Source of the DNA: Octopus vulgaris
Lineage: Eukaryota
NCBI GenBank assembly: GCA_951406725.2
Contig: OX597814.1
Location: 170,252,001 to 170,316,000 of the forward strand
Reading direction: 5' to 3'
Length of the DNA: 64,000 bases
The notes under the pieces were generated by a model that saw only the letters and a program-made list of their open reading frames with translations, was not told where the DNA came from and did not search any database. Below, one piece after another: positions 24,476-37,055 of the stretch (position 1 is the first letter of the stretch; each line of letters opens with the position of its first letter). The position numbers were made by a program, and so were the translations under genes.

Positions 24476-24792
24476 AACACACTTGGATATTTTCTTGTAT
24501 AGAATAAATAAGACAATATGAGTCTTTGAAGACAGTTGCTCCCATAAGTTCCAAAATTTTGGATTTATGGAGAGTCAAAGTTGGGAACAAAAACAGGACA
24601 GTAGAGACATACAAGGAAACCGAACGAAAACAAACATGGAGGATCGTTAGATCAGAACGAGAGTAAAATAGCGAACGCTGGAGAAATAGTTTCTTTGAAA
24701 AGAGAACAGATAGAAGAGAGATAGAGTACGTCCAGTTCTTAGGATAGTCTTGATGGAAAAGAAAAATGATCACACGAGGAAAAGAAAGATGG

Positions 24793-25018
24793 ACAACAGT
24801 AGTAATTTTATTCAGCTGAATACACGTCATTGATTGGTTGAAATTACCGAAATAGGACAACTTTAACGTGAAATAACTTCGTAAATATAAGTTTTTCTCA
24901 AAAATGCTAAGAGTAAAAGATGTTTTATATGACACATTCTACCATTGTCCGAAGTTTGAAAGTATTTAGTTACCAAAAATTATTTTTTTAATCTGTAGGT
25001 CACAAAAGGTAAAGATCC
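24793..25018. mobile_element. Solo right arm of the Merlin-like MITE
   Basis: Matches 19868-20089 and ends ggtaaagatcc. Confidence 0.85.
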
Positions 25019-25444
25019 AATTCCTGTTTTGAGAAGATTCGATTGACACTATTACTAATAATTTGATTAATGTACATGTGTACTGTCGTCACTTCCGGTC
25101 TCTATTGCAATTTATTAATTTTTTTAGGACTATTACAATTCTTATGACGGTAAACCGCATGTTAATCTATAACTCTCCTCCCTCTGAAACTGAGTATTAA
25201 CATTTCAGTTGATAACCGATGAAGATTTAGGGTCCTGTATCAAGAATCAAGAATCCTCCAAAGTTGATATACCATTAATGAAAAGAGCGGGTTCATTGTC
25301 AGGGAAATAAAAGGACAGTGATGTGAACGTTTCGACCTCAAGAAGCATCACCAGTACAACTCTCCTTTACTTATCTCCAGCAGCCAAAGGACATAACCAT
25401 TACAAAAAGAGTAGTACGCGTAAGTTTTTTGAGTTTTTTTTTTA

Positions 25445-25725
25445 TGGCTGTGTGGTAAGAAGCTTGCTTCCCAACCACGTGGTTCCGAGTTCAGTTCCAC
25501 TGCGTGGTACCTTGGGCAGGCAAGTGTCTTCTACTATAGCCTCGGGCCGACCAGAACTTTGTGAGTGGATTTGGTAGACGGAAACTGTAAGAAGCCCATC
25601 ATATGTATATTTGTGTGTCTGTGTTTGTCCCCTACACCGTCGCTTAACAACCGATGTTGGTGTCTTTATATCCCCCGTAAATTAGCGGATCGGCAAAAGA
25701 CCCCGATAGAATAAGTACAAGGCTG
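25445..25725 (+). mobile_element. SINE family A
   Basis: tggctgtgtggtaagaagcttgc..gttcagttccactgcgtgg..gtgagtggatttggtagacggaaactg. Confidence 0.85.
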
Positions 25726-25860
25726 ACTACTCCCTTTTCTTGTATATATATATATATATATATATATGCAGACATGCATACGTACATACATCTCTCTGTC
25801 TGTCTGTCTCTTTGAAATAGCCCCTTCACCTGAACAAGTACACAGCTATTGTTGATTCAT

Positions 25861-26660
25861 ATTCTTTTCTACTCTAGGCACAAAGCTCGAAAATTTTGGG
25901 GAGAGGGGCCAATCGATTAGACCGACCTCAGTACGCAACTGGTACTTAATTTAATGATCCCGAAAGGATGAAAGCCAAAGTTGACTTTGGTGGAATTTGA
26001 ACTCGGAACGCGAAGACAGACAAAAAACCTCTAAGCATTTCGCCCAACGTGCTAACATTTTTTATTTCTTAACTGCCCACAAGGAGCTACACAGAGAGGA
26101 CAAACAAGGACAGACAAACGGATTAAGTCGATTATATCGACACCAGTGCGTAACTGGTACTTATTTAATCGACCCCGAAAGGATGAAAGGCAAAGTCGAC
26201 CTCGGCGGAATTTGAACTCAGAATGTAGCGGCAGACGAAATACCTATTTCTTTATTACCTACAAGGGGCTAGATACAGTGAGGACAAACAAGGAGAGACA
26301 AACAGATTAAGTCGATTATATCGACACCAGTGCGTAACTGGTACTTATTTAATCGACCCCGAAAGGATGAAAGGCAAAGTCGACCTCGGCGGAATTTGAA
26401 CTCAGAACGTAGCGGCAGACGAAATACCTATTTCTTTATTACCTACAAGGGGCTAGACACAGAGAGGACAAACAAGGACAGACAAACGGATTAAGTCGAT
26501 TATATCGACACCAGTGCGTAACTGGTACTTATTTAATCGACCCCGAAAGGATGAAAGGCAAAGTCGACCTCGGCGGAATTTGAACTCAGAACATAAAGAC
26601 AGACGAAATACTGCTATGCATTTCGCCCGGCGTGCTAACGATTCTGCTAGCTCGCCGCCT
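25861..26660 (-). mobile_element. Family-B SINE multimer with internal 184-bp tandem units
   Basis: ccccgaaagg recurs at 26173, 26357 and 26541; the whole array is flanked by the 14-bp TSD tattgttgattcat (25847-25860 / 26661-26674). Confidence 0.88.
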
Positions 26661-29134
26661 TATTGTTGATTCATGTAAGTGCAGTAATGTGCATATGTGA
26701 AACACTCGCAATTACCAGCTGATACTAATGCATAGAAACAATTGTGGTGATTTAGAGAGAGCGAGAGGGGGTGAGAGGTCGATCAGAGAGTGACCATTGG
26801 CTTCGCACCTATAAAGCTCTTTAGCTGTATAGACGAATCGTCATACTCAAATGGCCGGAGGCACTTCCAAAGATTAGTCAATAGTCTACCTTTTGCACTC
26901 TTCATATTTTGAGGATTTGTATTCGTATTCTTAACACCGTTAGTTGCTAAACCGTGAATTCTATAGAAACGATCAGCTTATCGAAATTTCTTTTAACGTC
27001 GATTTGGGAAAAAGCGTGTAAGTTACGATGTTAATAAATTTTTATTTTATCGTATACTGTCCTCTTTTTGTTCTCTCTACAAGCCGCATATTGCTCGACG
27101 CTAACTTCCAACGCTTGGATCCCTGGATCGTACGTAACTACAGAAAAATTCACACATATATGTGTATATATACACACATATATGTGTATATATACACACA
27201 TATATGTGTATATATACACACATGTAACGAGCTCTTATTGTACACTGTACTCAGGTGTATTGCAACTCGTCAGAAAATGCTAAAAGACAGAGAGAACGAA
27301 GATATATAAATCAAGTAAAGAAAGACAGCAATGAGTGCTAGATGTATCATACATGCACTGTACACCGAGTGAAACTAAAAAAAAATTTAGAAACCTGAAT
27401 ATTAGAACCGTCATAAAGAGGAAAGAGCCCATTGATGCATTAAAAGTAGTGTTGTCGAATCTTAGGAAGCATGGAATTTTATAAGGATGCAGTTTCCTAA
27501 TAGCTTACAACTAACATGGTAGTTCATTCGATACTTCGACTTCTGAGTGTGAAAAAATATTTCCGAAAGCCATCAGTATTGCGCTGTTTTTCTTTTTCCT
27601 TTCTTTTTTGATTTCATAAACATGTCCACGAATGATAGCGGTATTAAATTCAATAAAGGAAGCCAAAGTTGTTGGAAAGATGGTGGATAATCTGGTTAGA
27701 CGTCAAAACTCCAGTGTGTCGATGTCCAGAGAAGCAGTAAGCTCTAGCTGGATGTGAAAGTGACAGGCAGAGGGTATATGTCTGGTAGTACGTCTCTGAA
27801 CAGTTTCCAGTAAATTTATATTCTGGACAAGATGCGAGTTCCAAACTAGAAATTGCAAACTGTTAAGTAGACGTACAATAAAGCATATATAACTTTATCG
27901 CATAATTAATGAGCAGCTGACAGAGGTCTTACTCAGTGTTCTTTAGATACCTTCATCTTTTGGGTGATTTTAGATATATATTTCTGATATATATATATAT
28001 ATATGAAGATAAACTTACTTAAGTGCAAATAAAATCTAATGAATATACTGGTTTATTACCTATTACAATTAATATTCAACTGTTAACTGGATAACCCGGG
28101 GTTTATATTTATTTTTAAGAAAAAAAGAAAATAGATAATTAATAATTATTTGTTAATTTATCTCTTGATTTTCTTATATATATATAATTATATATTACGG
28201 GGTAACAGCGATAACGAATACAAACTTGTTACCGGTTCAAATATGCATAAGAAAGCCATGTGTATGTATGTATATATCTATATATATGTAGGTATGTAAA
28301 CATATACTTATATATATTTATGTATACACATATCACTATCTTTCTGTCTAAAGCATCTGGCGCGCACATACAATACGCAAATACTTCCCCCTCCTAAAAA
28401 ACATACATGTATATGTGTGTGTGTGTATATATATATATAAATATATAATGTGTGTGTGTGGGGGGGGGATAGCGGCATAACTACAGATTGCTACCCCGCT
28501 GATTTGTTTCCTCATAACTTTGTGAAAAATGTATAATATTTCAGGTTAATATCTAGATCCGCACCCGGTGGGAAAAATGGAAACGAAATTAACCATATTG
28601 GTATATAATTTTGCTGAAATATTTTTCCGAGGGTGTAGATAACAATTATGCTGATCAAATTTAGAATAAACACAAAATGTTTTTTTCGAAGTTTCGGACG
28701 TGCTTCTCCCAGACCATACTCCAACTTTATTTAACTATCCGTATCTCGAACACTTTTCATAGTTTTACTTTAGAACTGTATTTGAAATATAAACATTACG
28801 TAATCTACACTCTCGAAAAACGTATTTCTGTAAATTTTTATTTAAAAATATGCATTTTCTAGAGAGTTGTGAGAAAATATATATCGGAGGGATGGTGGTG
28901 GTGTCTGATTTGAACCGCCTCCAAAAATAATTTTAGAATTTTATCTATATAATCTCAATCTACAACATACACAAACATTTCTAAGTAAAATTTTATTAGA
29001 AAATATACATTATTTACAAAATATACAAAGTTATGAGGAAACAAATTGAAAGTGGACTGTAGTTTTAACACACACACATGTAAATATATAACACATATAT
29101 ATACGTTTGTTTGTGCGCGTGTATATATATATAT

Positions 29135-29320
29135 ATATATATGCATAAGTGTATATAAATATATATATATATATATGCATAAGTGTATATAAATATATAT
29201 CTATATATGTATAAGTGTATATAAATATATATCTATATATGTATAAGTGTATATAAATATATATATATATGTATAAGTGTATATAAATATATATATATAT
29301 GTATAAGTGTATATATATAT
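29135..29320. repeat. ~30-bp AT-rich minisatellite (atgtataagtgtatataaatatatat)n
   Basis: About six visible tandem units. Confidence 0.85.
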
Positions 29321-29619
29321 GAAAGCGCTAATATGAAGTAATAATATATGATATGTAAATAAATATATATTTTTACAACCATCCAGCATTCTGAACGTGT
29401 TTTTTCTTTCATATATATGTATGTATGTATAAGTGTATATGTATATGTTTTCAGTGTATATTGACTGTAGAAAATAAACCTAATATTGGAGCATGTAAAC
29501 CCATGATGTGGGGGAAAAAATGGGTATGAGTAGAGACTAAATATTAAAATTATTCAATTGGTATTCTTGTACTTTTATTTTTGTGTTCACAAACGAGAAT
29601 GTATGTATGTATGAACGGT

Positions 29620-29881
29620 TTTAGTTTTCAAGCATGTGCTTGTTAGAGGAAGCGCAGCGTGTTAAGAAGAAGCTAAGTTGTGTGGAAAAAGCCGGATAGA
29701 CAGATGGGCAAAACAGGACGAGGAAGAAAGGCAAAAACACGTCGCCGTTGATACTATTGGCCGACAGGGGGCGTTGTGGGTAATGGCGCCCATTCGAAGC
29801 TAGCAAGTGCGTGATCCACTGTCGTGATGCTGCTGTTGTATTGAGTATGTCTCTAATAACAGATGTGGGCCTCGGGTAAGA
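29620..29881 (+). promoter_or_regulatory. Putative promoter and first exon of an unidentified host gene
   Basis: Unique CpG-enriched island in repeat-poor surroundings; ATTGG (reverse CCAAT); TGGCCGACAGGGGGCGT CTCF-like motif at 29758-29774; AATGGCG YY1-like motif at ~29782; strong donor CGG|GTAAGA at 29875/29876. Confidence 0.5.
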
Positions 29882-31838
29882 ATTTCCCCTTTTTAAAAAC
29901 CGAAAACATCGATCTTTTTGATTCGGCACAGGAAGCGGTGTATGCACTGAGGTTGGGGTGGCAATTATAGCAACAACAACAATAATAATAATAGTAACGA
30001 TCCTTCATCTAACTAATAACCCCCGTCTCCAACATCATCACCACTGCTAAAAACAAATATTTTTTTTTTTCCCTCTGTCTTGTAGCTGTAATCAAACTGC
30101 TAAAAGAAAGTGTTTTTTGTATTGTTAAAGCTATTTCACCTTTGCCTTCACTTTAAAAAACAAAAACAAAAAAAGTAATAATTTAATCGTGGTAGGTTAT
30201 TGTCTTGCTTTCGAGTTTAGGCGCTATTTTTCTTTTTCCCTCAGTGCTTCCTTCACTTGTATAATGATAGCAGCTTCAAAAATATATAATTAACCCTTTT
30301 AAACTACTAGATTTATCGCGGGTTTTATCTTGTATTTTGTATTTTTCCTTTGTTTGTAGTTTTCGTAAATATTGTAGCTTCGTCTATATGACTTCTTGAA
30401 GTGCATTGTTTTGGATTAGAAAAAAAAAATTAAAAACTTCTTGTCAGTGGACCTTGCATGTACATATGTTAAACTTGGCTTTATATATATATATATATGT
30501 AATCGTCAACCAAGATTTCTTTGTGTGTGTGTGTGCATGCATATAATGCACACACACACATATATAGACACACACGTACATATTACTGTTGTCCAGTGGC
30601 TATTCACTAAGCTGTTATTTTTACCACTTATGTCACATTTCAGTCGAATACATACCTCCATACACATATGTACACAATACATATCAACTAGGTTTAAGAT
30701 ACATATATTTTCATCGCTATGCATTGTTCCTTTTTAATCTCTTTTCCTTTGTTAAATAAATGTTAAGTCCTGCTACACATGGACAGTGTTTATAAATTAT
30801 ATATATATATATCTGTGTGTGTATGTATATATATACATATATACACGCACGCACGCATAGACTATAGTCTACATAATGTCCTTTTTATTCTTATACTTTG
30901 TCAGTTTCAATAATTTTCCCTCCTTTTATCACCATCCATAATCGTTATTACCAACTGCACGTTCCAGACTACCGGTCTATCTAGCTATATAATAAAAGTG
31001 TTATTTATTATCTTGCACATTCCGTCCAGCGTCACACCACACTCTTCTTTCCCTCTAAAACAATCACAAAGAATCGTTCGTACTTGCCACCACCATACTT
31101 TTTTACTCTTTATTCCGCTGCTACTACCAAGTCAGAGAGAATACTTTTCCTTCAATCCTTCCTCTGCTGTCATTCAATTCAAACTTTATTAAAAACCGCC
31201 ACTTCACTAACCAGCCAAATAATGCTTTAATATTATAAAATATATCTTTTAAAAAAATATGAAACATGTTTGCATTTTCTACCGGTATAATTTATTATTG
31301 TTGTTATTTTTCGTGACCCGGTTTCGATTCTTGGTAAATCGATTCGTGTTATGTATTTGGCAAATAATACCTATTAGAAAACTATACTCGCTAGTTACTT
31401 AATCTTTTCCTTTATTAAGTCAAAAATTCACTGTTGTTACTGTTCACAAGCTATTTCAGTTCCTTAAATCTGTTCCACCCTGCAAATATCTCCTGAGTTT
31501 CATTACAATGCTCCCATTATTCCTTTCCTTACGAATCTTAGGCCATTTCTGTGGTATAAATCATGATTGTGGCAGACTCGGTAGAGCACCGGACAAAATG
31601 CCCTGGAGTATTTAATTTTATTTCTTGTGTGTTCAAATTCCACTGAGGCCAGTTAACTAGCCTTTTATCGTTTCATAGCTGATAAAATATGTACCAGCCA
31701 TTTGCTGGCAGGTCCCTTTTATAATCAACTAATCCTTCGAAATATATTACTTGGTGCCTATGTAAGAAATTACTAATTATCACTAAGATTTTCGTGCTAT
31801 TTCTGATCATTTAAAAGAAAGCAGGCGTTGAAATAAGT

Positions 31839-31869
<31 letters not shown>

Positions 31870-32269
31870 GTATGTATATATACACACGTCTTGCTCTCTC
31901 ACATGTGAGTGTGTGTGACGGTGAGAGACATATTCGTGTATATTTACTGTGTATATTATGTCTACCAAGTCCTTTGTTACAGTTAGTTACAACAACAAAT
32001 ATGTCGGTGATTACATATGTTCTGAAAGATATCTCTTCCGTCCGTTTTCATCCCATCGTCCTATCGCAACTGGGAAGTTCTGCATGCACGTGTACGCGTG
32101 TGCGTGATTGCCTGATGGTCTCATATTTTTTCCCCTTTCATCTCTCTCTCGCTCTCTCTCTCGTAGCTCTAGGCTTCTATCATGCAATAATTTCTTACAT
32201 ACATATACTAATACATACATACATACCATACACTCACGTATACATAACATGTACACACACACATACAGC

Positions 32270-32600
32270 TAGCTACGTGATTAAGGAATTCGCTTCGCGG
32301 CCACGTGGTTTCGGGGTCAGTCCTACAATGTTACATCTTGGTCAAGTGTCTTCTGCTATATCCCCAGACGACAGACGAAAACTGTGCAGGTGTATGTGTC
32401 TATATTTGTCTTTTAGTGCTTGACCACTGGTGCTGGATTGTGTGTTCCTCCTTAACTAAGCGATTAACCAAAAGGAATCGATGGAATAAATACTAGATTT
32501 AAAATCAAAAGTACAAAGGTTGATTTCATTGGACCTAAACCCTTCTAATTGGTGCCCCAGCATGGCTGCTGTCTCATAACGGAAACAAGTAAAAGATGAG
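32270..32600 (+). mobile_element. Diverged SINE family A
   Basis: gtggtttcggggtcagtcc..cttggtcaagtgtcttctgctata..cagcatggctgc..gaaacaagtaaaaga. Confidence 0.7.
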
Positions 32601-32703
32601 AATGTGTGTGTGTGCGTGTATGTATATATATATATTAATAGTAATGGTAAGACAACAAAAGAATGAAAGAAACCTCGATATTATGTAAAGAGAGTTATTT
32701 ATT

Positions 32704-32822
32704 TGTAATATAATATGTAACAATTATTTGGTTACCATAATAAAACTCCGAGTTTCGGATGTCTGAATGGAAACTCGGAGTTTTAATAGGGCAACCGAAT
32801 AACTGTCACATATTATATTACA
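32704..32822. repeat. ~53-bp-arm inverted repeat
   Basis: tgtaatataatatgtaaca..aaaactccgagtttc / gaaactcggagtttt..tgtcacatattatattaca, with a 13-nt loop. Confidence 0.85.
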
Positions 32823-33212
32823 TATATATATATGTGTTTACATACATATATTTACATCTGTCTGTGTGTGTCTTACAATCATGCTAAGTTTGTCTCTGGA
32901 CTATATTAAAAGTACACCTGTCTGTGAAATACTCAGCTCTGTACACTACAATACGGCGAATAGGTAACTTCATTGATATAGTTGTTTAACACCAGACCAG
33001 CACTGACCAGAGACACCTGTTAAAACCATTATCCAATATTGTATTTTCTTTGTCTTTTTGATTTAAAAAAAAGTTGAGTTTGATTTGAGAGAGATTTGGG
33101 TGCTATTTCTTGCTAGTTATTGAAATACGTAGAAGCTTGTTCACAAATAGAGCAGGACAACTAGGGCCTTCACTTATTAAAGCCAACATATATCTCTGCC
33201 ATATGTATTTGC

Positions 33213-33250
<38 letters not shown>

Positions 33251-33459
33251 GTATATATACATGTGTGTGTGCTGTGTAATATATATATGTATGTTTAGAG
33301 GTTCAGTCTGTAAAATCACATCTATGCTATTCAATGGGTCTTCCATTTTGTTGTGAGACACGAGAAAAGACATACATATAAATATATATATATATATATG
33401 TAAACAGATTAGTGCATATATCCTCAGATGTCTGAACACAAACACAGATGTGTTTATAG

Positions 33460-34440
33460 GTGTAGGCGTGGCTGTGTGGTAAGAAGTTGGCTTCTCAACC
33501 ATATGGTCCTGGGTTCAGTCACACTGCATGGCACTTGGGGCAAGTATCTTCTACTATAGCCTGGGCCAGCTAAAGCTTTGTGAGTGAATTTGTTGGACAG
33601 AAATGCTTACCGGTATTTCGTCTGCGGTTACATTCTGAGTTCAAACTCCGCCGAGGTCGACTTTGCCTTTCATCCTTTCGGGATCGATAAATTAAGTACC
33701 AGTTACGCACTGGAGTGGATGTAATCGACTTAATTCCTTTGTCCTTGTTTGTCCCCTCTATGTTTAGCTCCTTGTGGGCAATAAAGAAATAAGAAGCTGA
33801 AAGAAGTTTGTTGTGTATGTGCCTGTGTATACATATACATACTTATTAAGCTTGGTACACATTCTGTTGTTTCCTTTTGCTGAGCCACTAAGTTATGGGG
33901 ATGTAAGCAAACCAGCACCAGTTGTCAAGTGAAGGCCGAACATAAATGTAAAGACACACATGCACACACAAGGCTTTGGTTTGCCTTAGGTTATAGAAGA
34001 CACTTGCCCAAAGCTCCACACAGTGCAACTGAACTTGTAACCATGTGGATGGGAAGCAAACTTCTTGCTACACAGCCATGCCTGCACTTATTATATATGT
34101 ATACTCTCTCTCTCTCTCTCTTGTTTCAGTCATTTGACTGTGGCCATGCTGGAGCACCGCCTTTAGTCGAGCAAATCGACCCCAGGTCTTATTCTTTGTA
34201 AGCTTAGTACTTATTCTATCGGTCTCTTTTTGCCGAAACACTAAGTTATGGGTTATGTAAACACACCAGCATAGGTTGTCAAGCAATGTTGGGGGAACAA
34301 ACACATACACACAAACATATACATATACAGTTTCCGTCTACCAAATCCACTCACAAGGCTTTGGTCAGCCCAAGGTGCCATGCAGTGGGACTGAACCCGG
34401 AACCATGTGGTTCATAAGCAAGCTCCTTACTACACAGCCA
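33460..34440. mobile_element. Cluster of family A and B SINEs in both orientations
   Basis: A head (+) 33460-33600, B (+) 33600-33790, A (-) 33845-34085, A (-) 34120-34440. Confidence 0.8.
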
Positions 34441-34497
34441 TATATATATATATATATATATATTATATAAGAAAAGATATTACGAAGGACTAAATGA

Positions 34498-34653
34498 TTA
34501 TCTTATGAACTTCATTAGCTTACTACTGTTTCCGCTATAAGATGTGGTGAACTCAGTTGAGTGCCTGAGTTTCATTATAACTTCAAACATGAAATGCTCT
34601 TCACCACATCTTGTAGTGGAAATAGTTGTAACCTAATAAAGTTTCTAAGATAA
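34498..34653. repeat. ~54-bp-arm inverted repeat
   Basis: ttatcttatgaacttcattagcttactactgtttccgctataagatgtggtgaa / ttcaccacatcttgtagtggaaatagttgtaacctaataaagtttctaagataa. Confidence 0.85.
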
Positions 34654-34744
34654 CACTTTGTTTAGAGGCGTACATATATTGTGTTCTACACCAGGTTATT
34701 AGTATTACTAGTCTCAATTTTCATTACTCCACTCTCCCTCTACT

Positions 34745-35190
34745 CTCACTGGGTAACTATGTACCTCCTCCACAGCAAGACACCTGTTTCTGTCTCTGGC
34801 ACACTCTTACCTTTCATAATCTGGCACAAGATCACCTTCCATTCCTCCTTTCCTCTCAAAGAACCTTTGGTCTTGCCAGTTACTTGGTGGACCCTGCCAG
34901 AGCTGTTACCACGTAAAAAGCATCCAGTCCACACAGCAAATCGGTTGGCATTTGGAAAGGCATCCAACTGTAAAAAAAAAAAAACTGTGACAAAACTGAC
35001 TTCACCTGTGCTGGTGCCATGTAAAAAGCACTTGGTCCACTTTGCGGAGAGGTTGGTGTTAGGAAGAGCATCCAGCCATAAAAACCATGTCAAAACAGAC
35101 AGCAAGGCATGGTGCAGTTTTCTGCTTTGCTGGTTCCTGTCAAACCATCCAAACCATGCCAGCATGGAAAGCAGATGTTAAATAATGATA
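34745..35190 (+). mobile_element. RTE 3'UTR-derived repeat
   Basis: gtgccatgtaaaaagcac..ggtgttaggaagagcatccagc..ccatgccagcatggaaagcagatgttaaataatgat tail, shared with the RTE copies; a reversed relative lies at ~47240-47600. Confidence 0.7.
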
Positions 35191-35999
35191 CATAATTTAA
35201 ACAAATGAGTGTATATATGTACATAAATATGTGCTTGCACATAAATGCAAAACAAGGTGGAGTGTATAATACCCAAAAATCAAAGGTATAGTTAAATGTA
35301 AATGGTCATGCAGTTAAATTCACTTCTCAGCCAAATAATTTTGGATGCAGGTCTACTGCACTGCAATAGAAATGAATCCAAAACAGTAGATGACACTTGC
35401 ACCATTGGCAGATATTATCTACTACAGCCTTGGGCCAACCAAAGCCATATGAGTGAATTTGGTTGATGGATACTGAAAGAAACCCGTTTTGTGTGTGTGT
35501 CTTCACTTCTGTGTACTATGAAAGTTGCAAGCTATGAGAGGTGTTATTGCTATCACATCTGTCAAGTGATTGTCTGCTAGTTTTCTTCCTTCAAAGATGT
35601 GTAAAAAACAGATCAGGATTTATGGCAAGAAAGTATCTGGCTGTAAAACAGTGCCTCAGCCCATATCAGCCTGAAAAAATAGTAAGCTAGCTGTCAGCTC
35701 CTCTGTTTCTCTTTTCACAAAGAAAATGCCTGTCATGTGTCACGTCCTACTGTTTGTTTTTACATATGCTTTTCCATGCTAGCATGAGTTAGGTAAATGT
35801 GTGATTGAAGCATTTGTTTTAGAGTTGTGTGCCCTTCCTGACGTCAGTGCTGACTTGTTTTCCACACAGCTTTGAAGGGAATGGGCTATTTATTGACAAA
35901 AGAAGTGTCAACAAGAATACTGTGTAAATGTCATGATTTTCATATGAGTGGTAGATTTAAATGAACACTGATATATGTATACACACATCTATTTATCTA

Positions 36000-36570
36000 A
36001 GTAGGCATGGCTGTATGGTAAGAAGCTTGCTTCCCAACCACATGGTCCCAGGTTCAGTCCTACTGTGTGACACCTTGGGCAAATGTCTTCTATAGCTTCT
36101 GGCCAACCAAAGCCTTGTGAATAAATTTGGTAGACGGAAACTCAGAGAAACCCATAGTATATATATATATAACGAAATCCACTCACAAGGCTTTGATTGG
36201 CCTGAGGCTGTAGAAGACACCTGCCCAAGGTGCCATGCAGTGGGACTGAACCTGGAACCATGTGGTTGGGAAGCAAGCTTCTTTTATTTATTCAGTTGGC
36301 TACAAGGGCCTTACAAAGAAAGGAAGCTTCTTACCATACAGCCACTCCTGTCCTTATATATATATATGTGTGTGTTTGTGTCTGTCTGTCCCTACCTCCC
36401 ATTGCTTGACAAATGATGTTGGTGTGTAACTTAGCGGTTTGGCAAAATAAACCGATAAAATAAGTACTAGGCTTACAAAGAATAAGTCCTGACATGAATT
36501 TGTTCAACTAAAAACCCCTTAAGGTGGTGCTCCAGCATCACCACAGTCAAATGACTGAAACATATAAAGA
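36000..36570 (+). mobile_element. SINE A with an antisense SINE A head nested in its microsatellite
   Basis: (+) head 36003-36160, (-) head 36172-36350, (+) tail 36365-36570. Confidence 0.8.
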
Positions 36571-37055
36571 AGTAAACAAAAAAAGAATATATATATATAT
36601 CCGAAAACAAGTAATATTATTAGAACTGTTGTGTCTTTGGAGTCACTTGTAGCACATTCTTTTGGCAGTGCTAGGGAGAAAAACATTGTTATTTATGTAC
36701 AGAATAATAAACATATTTGCCTTGTTCAGCAATGCAATAAATTAGAATCATTTACCACATTCTTGGCTTATAGATTCTGTTTATTCCTGTTTGGTCAACA
36801 ACAGGAATTTTCAACTTCTTTCACTCCCTGGCACTGAATAAGGTACAAAACTGTTATGGCATGGTTTTCTCTGTAACCACGTGGTTTTGGATTCAGTCCC
36901 ACTGTGCATCACCATTACAGCCTTAACCCAACCAATTCCTTGTGAGTGTTAATAGTAGACAGAAACTTTGTGAAATCCCATTGGTGTGTGTGTATCTATG
37001 CATTTGTCCCTTATTGCTTGACAAGTAGTGTAAGTTTGCTTACAACCTCTGGTTG

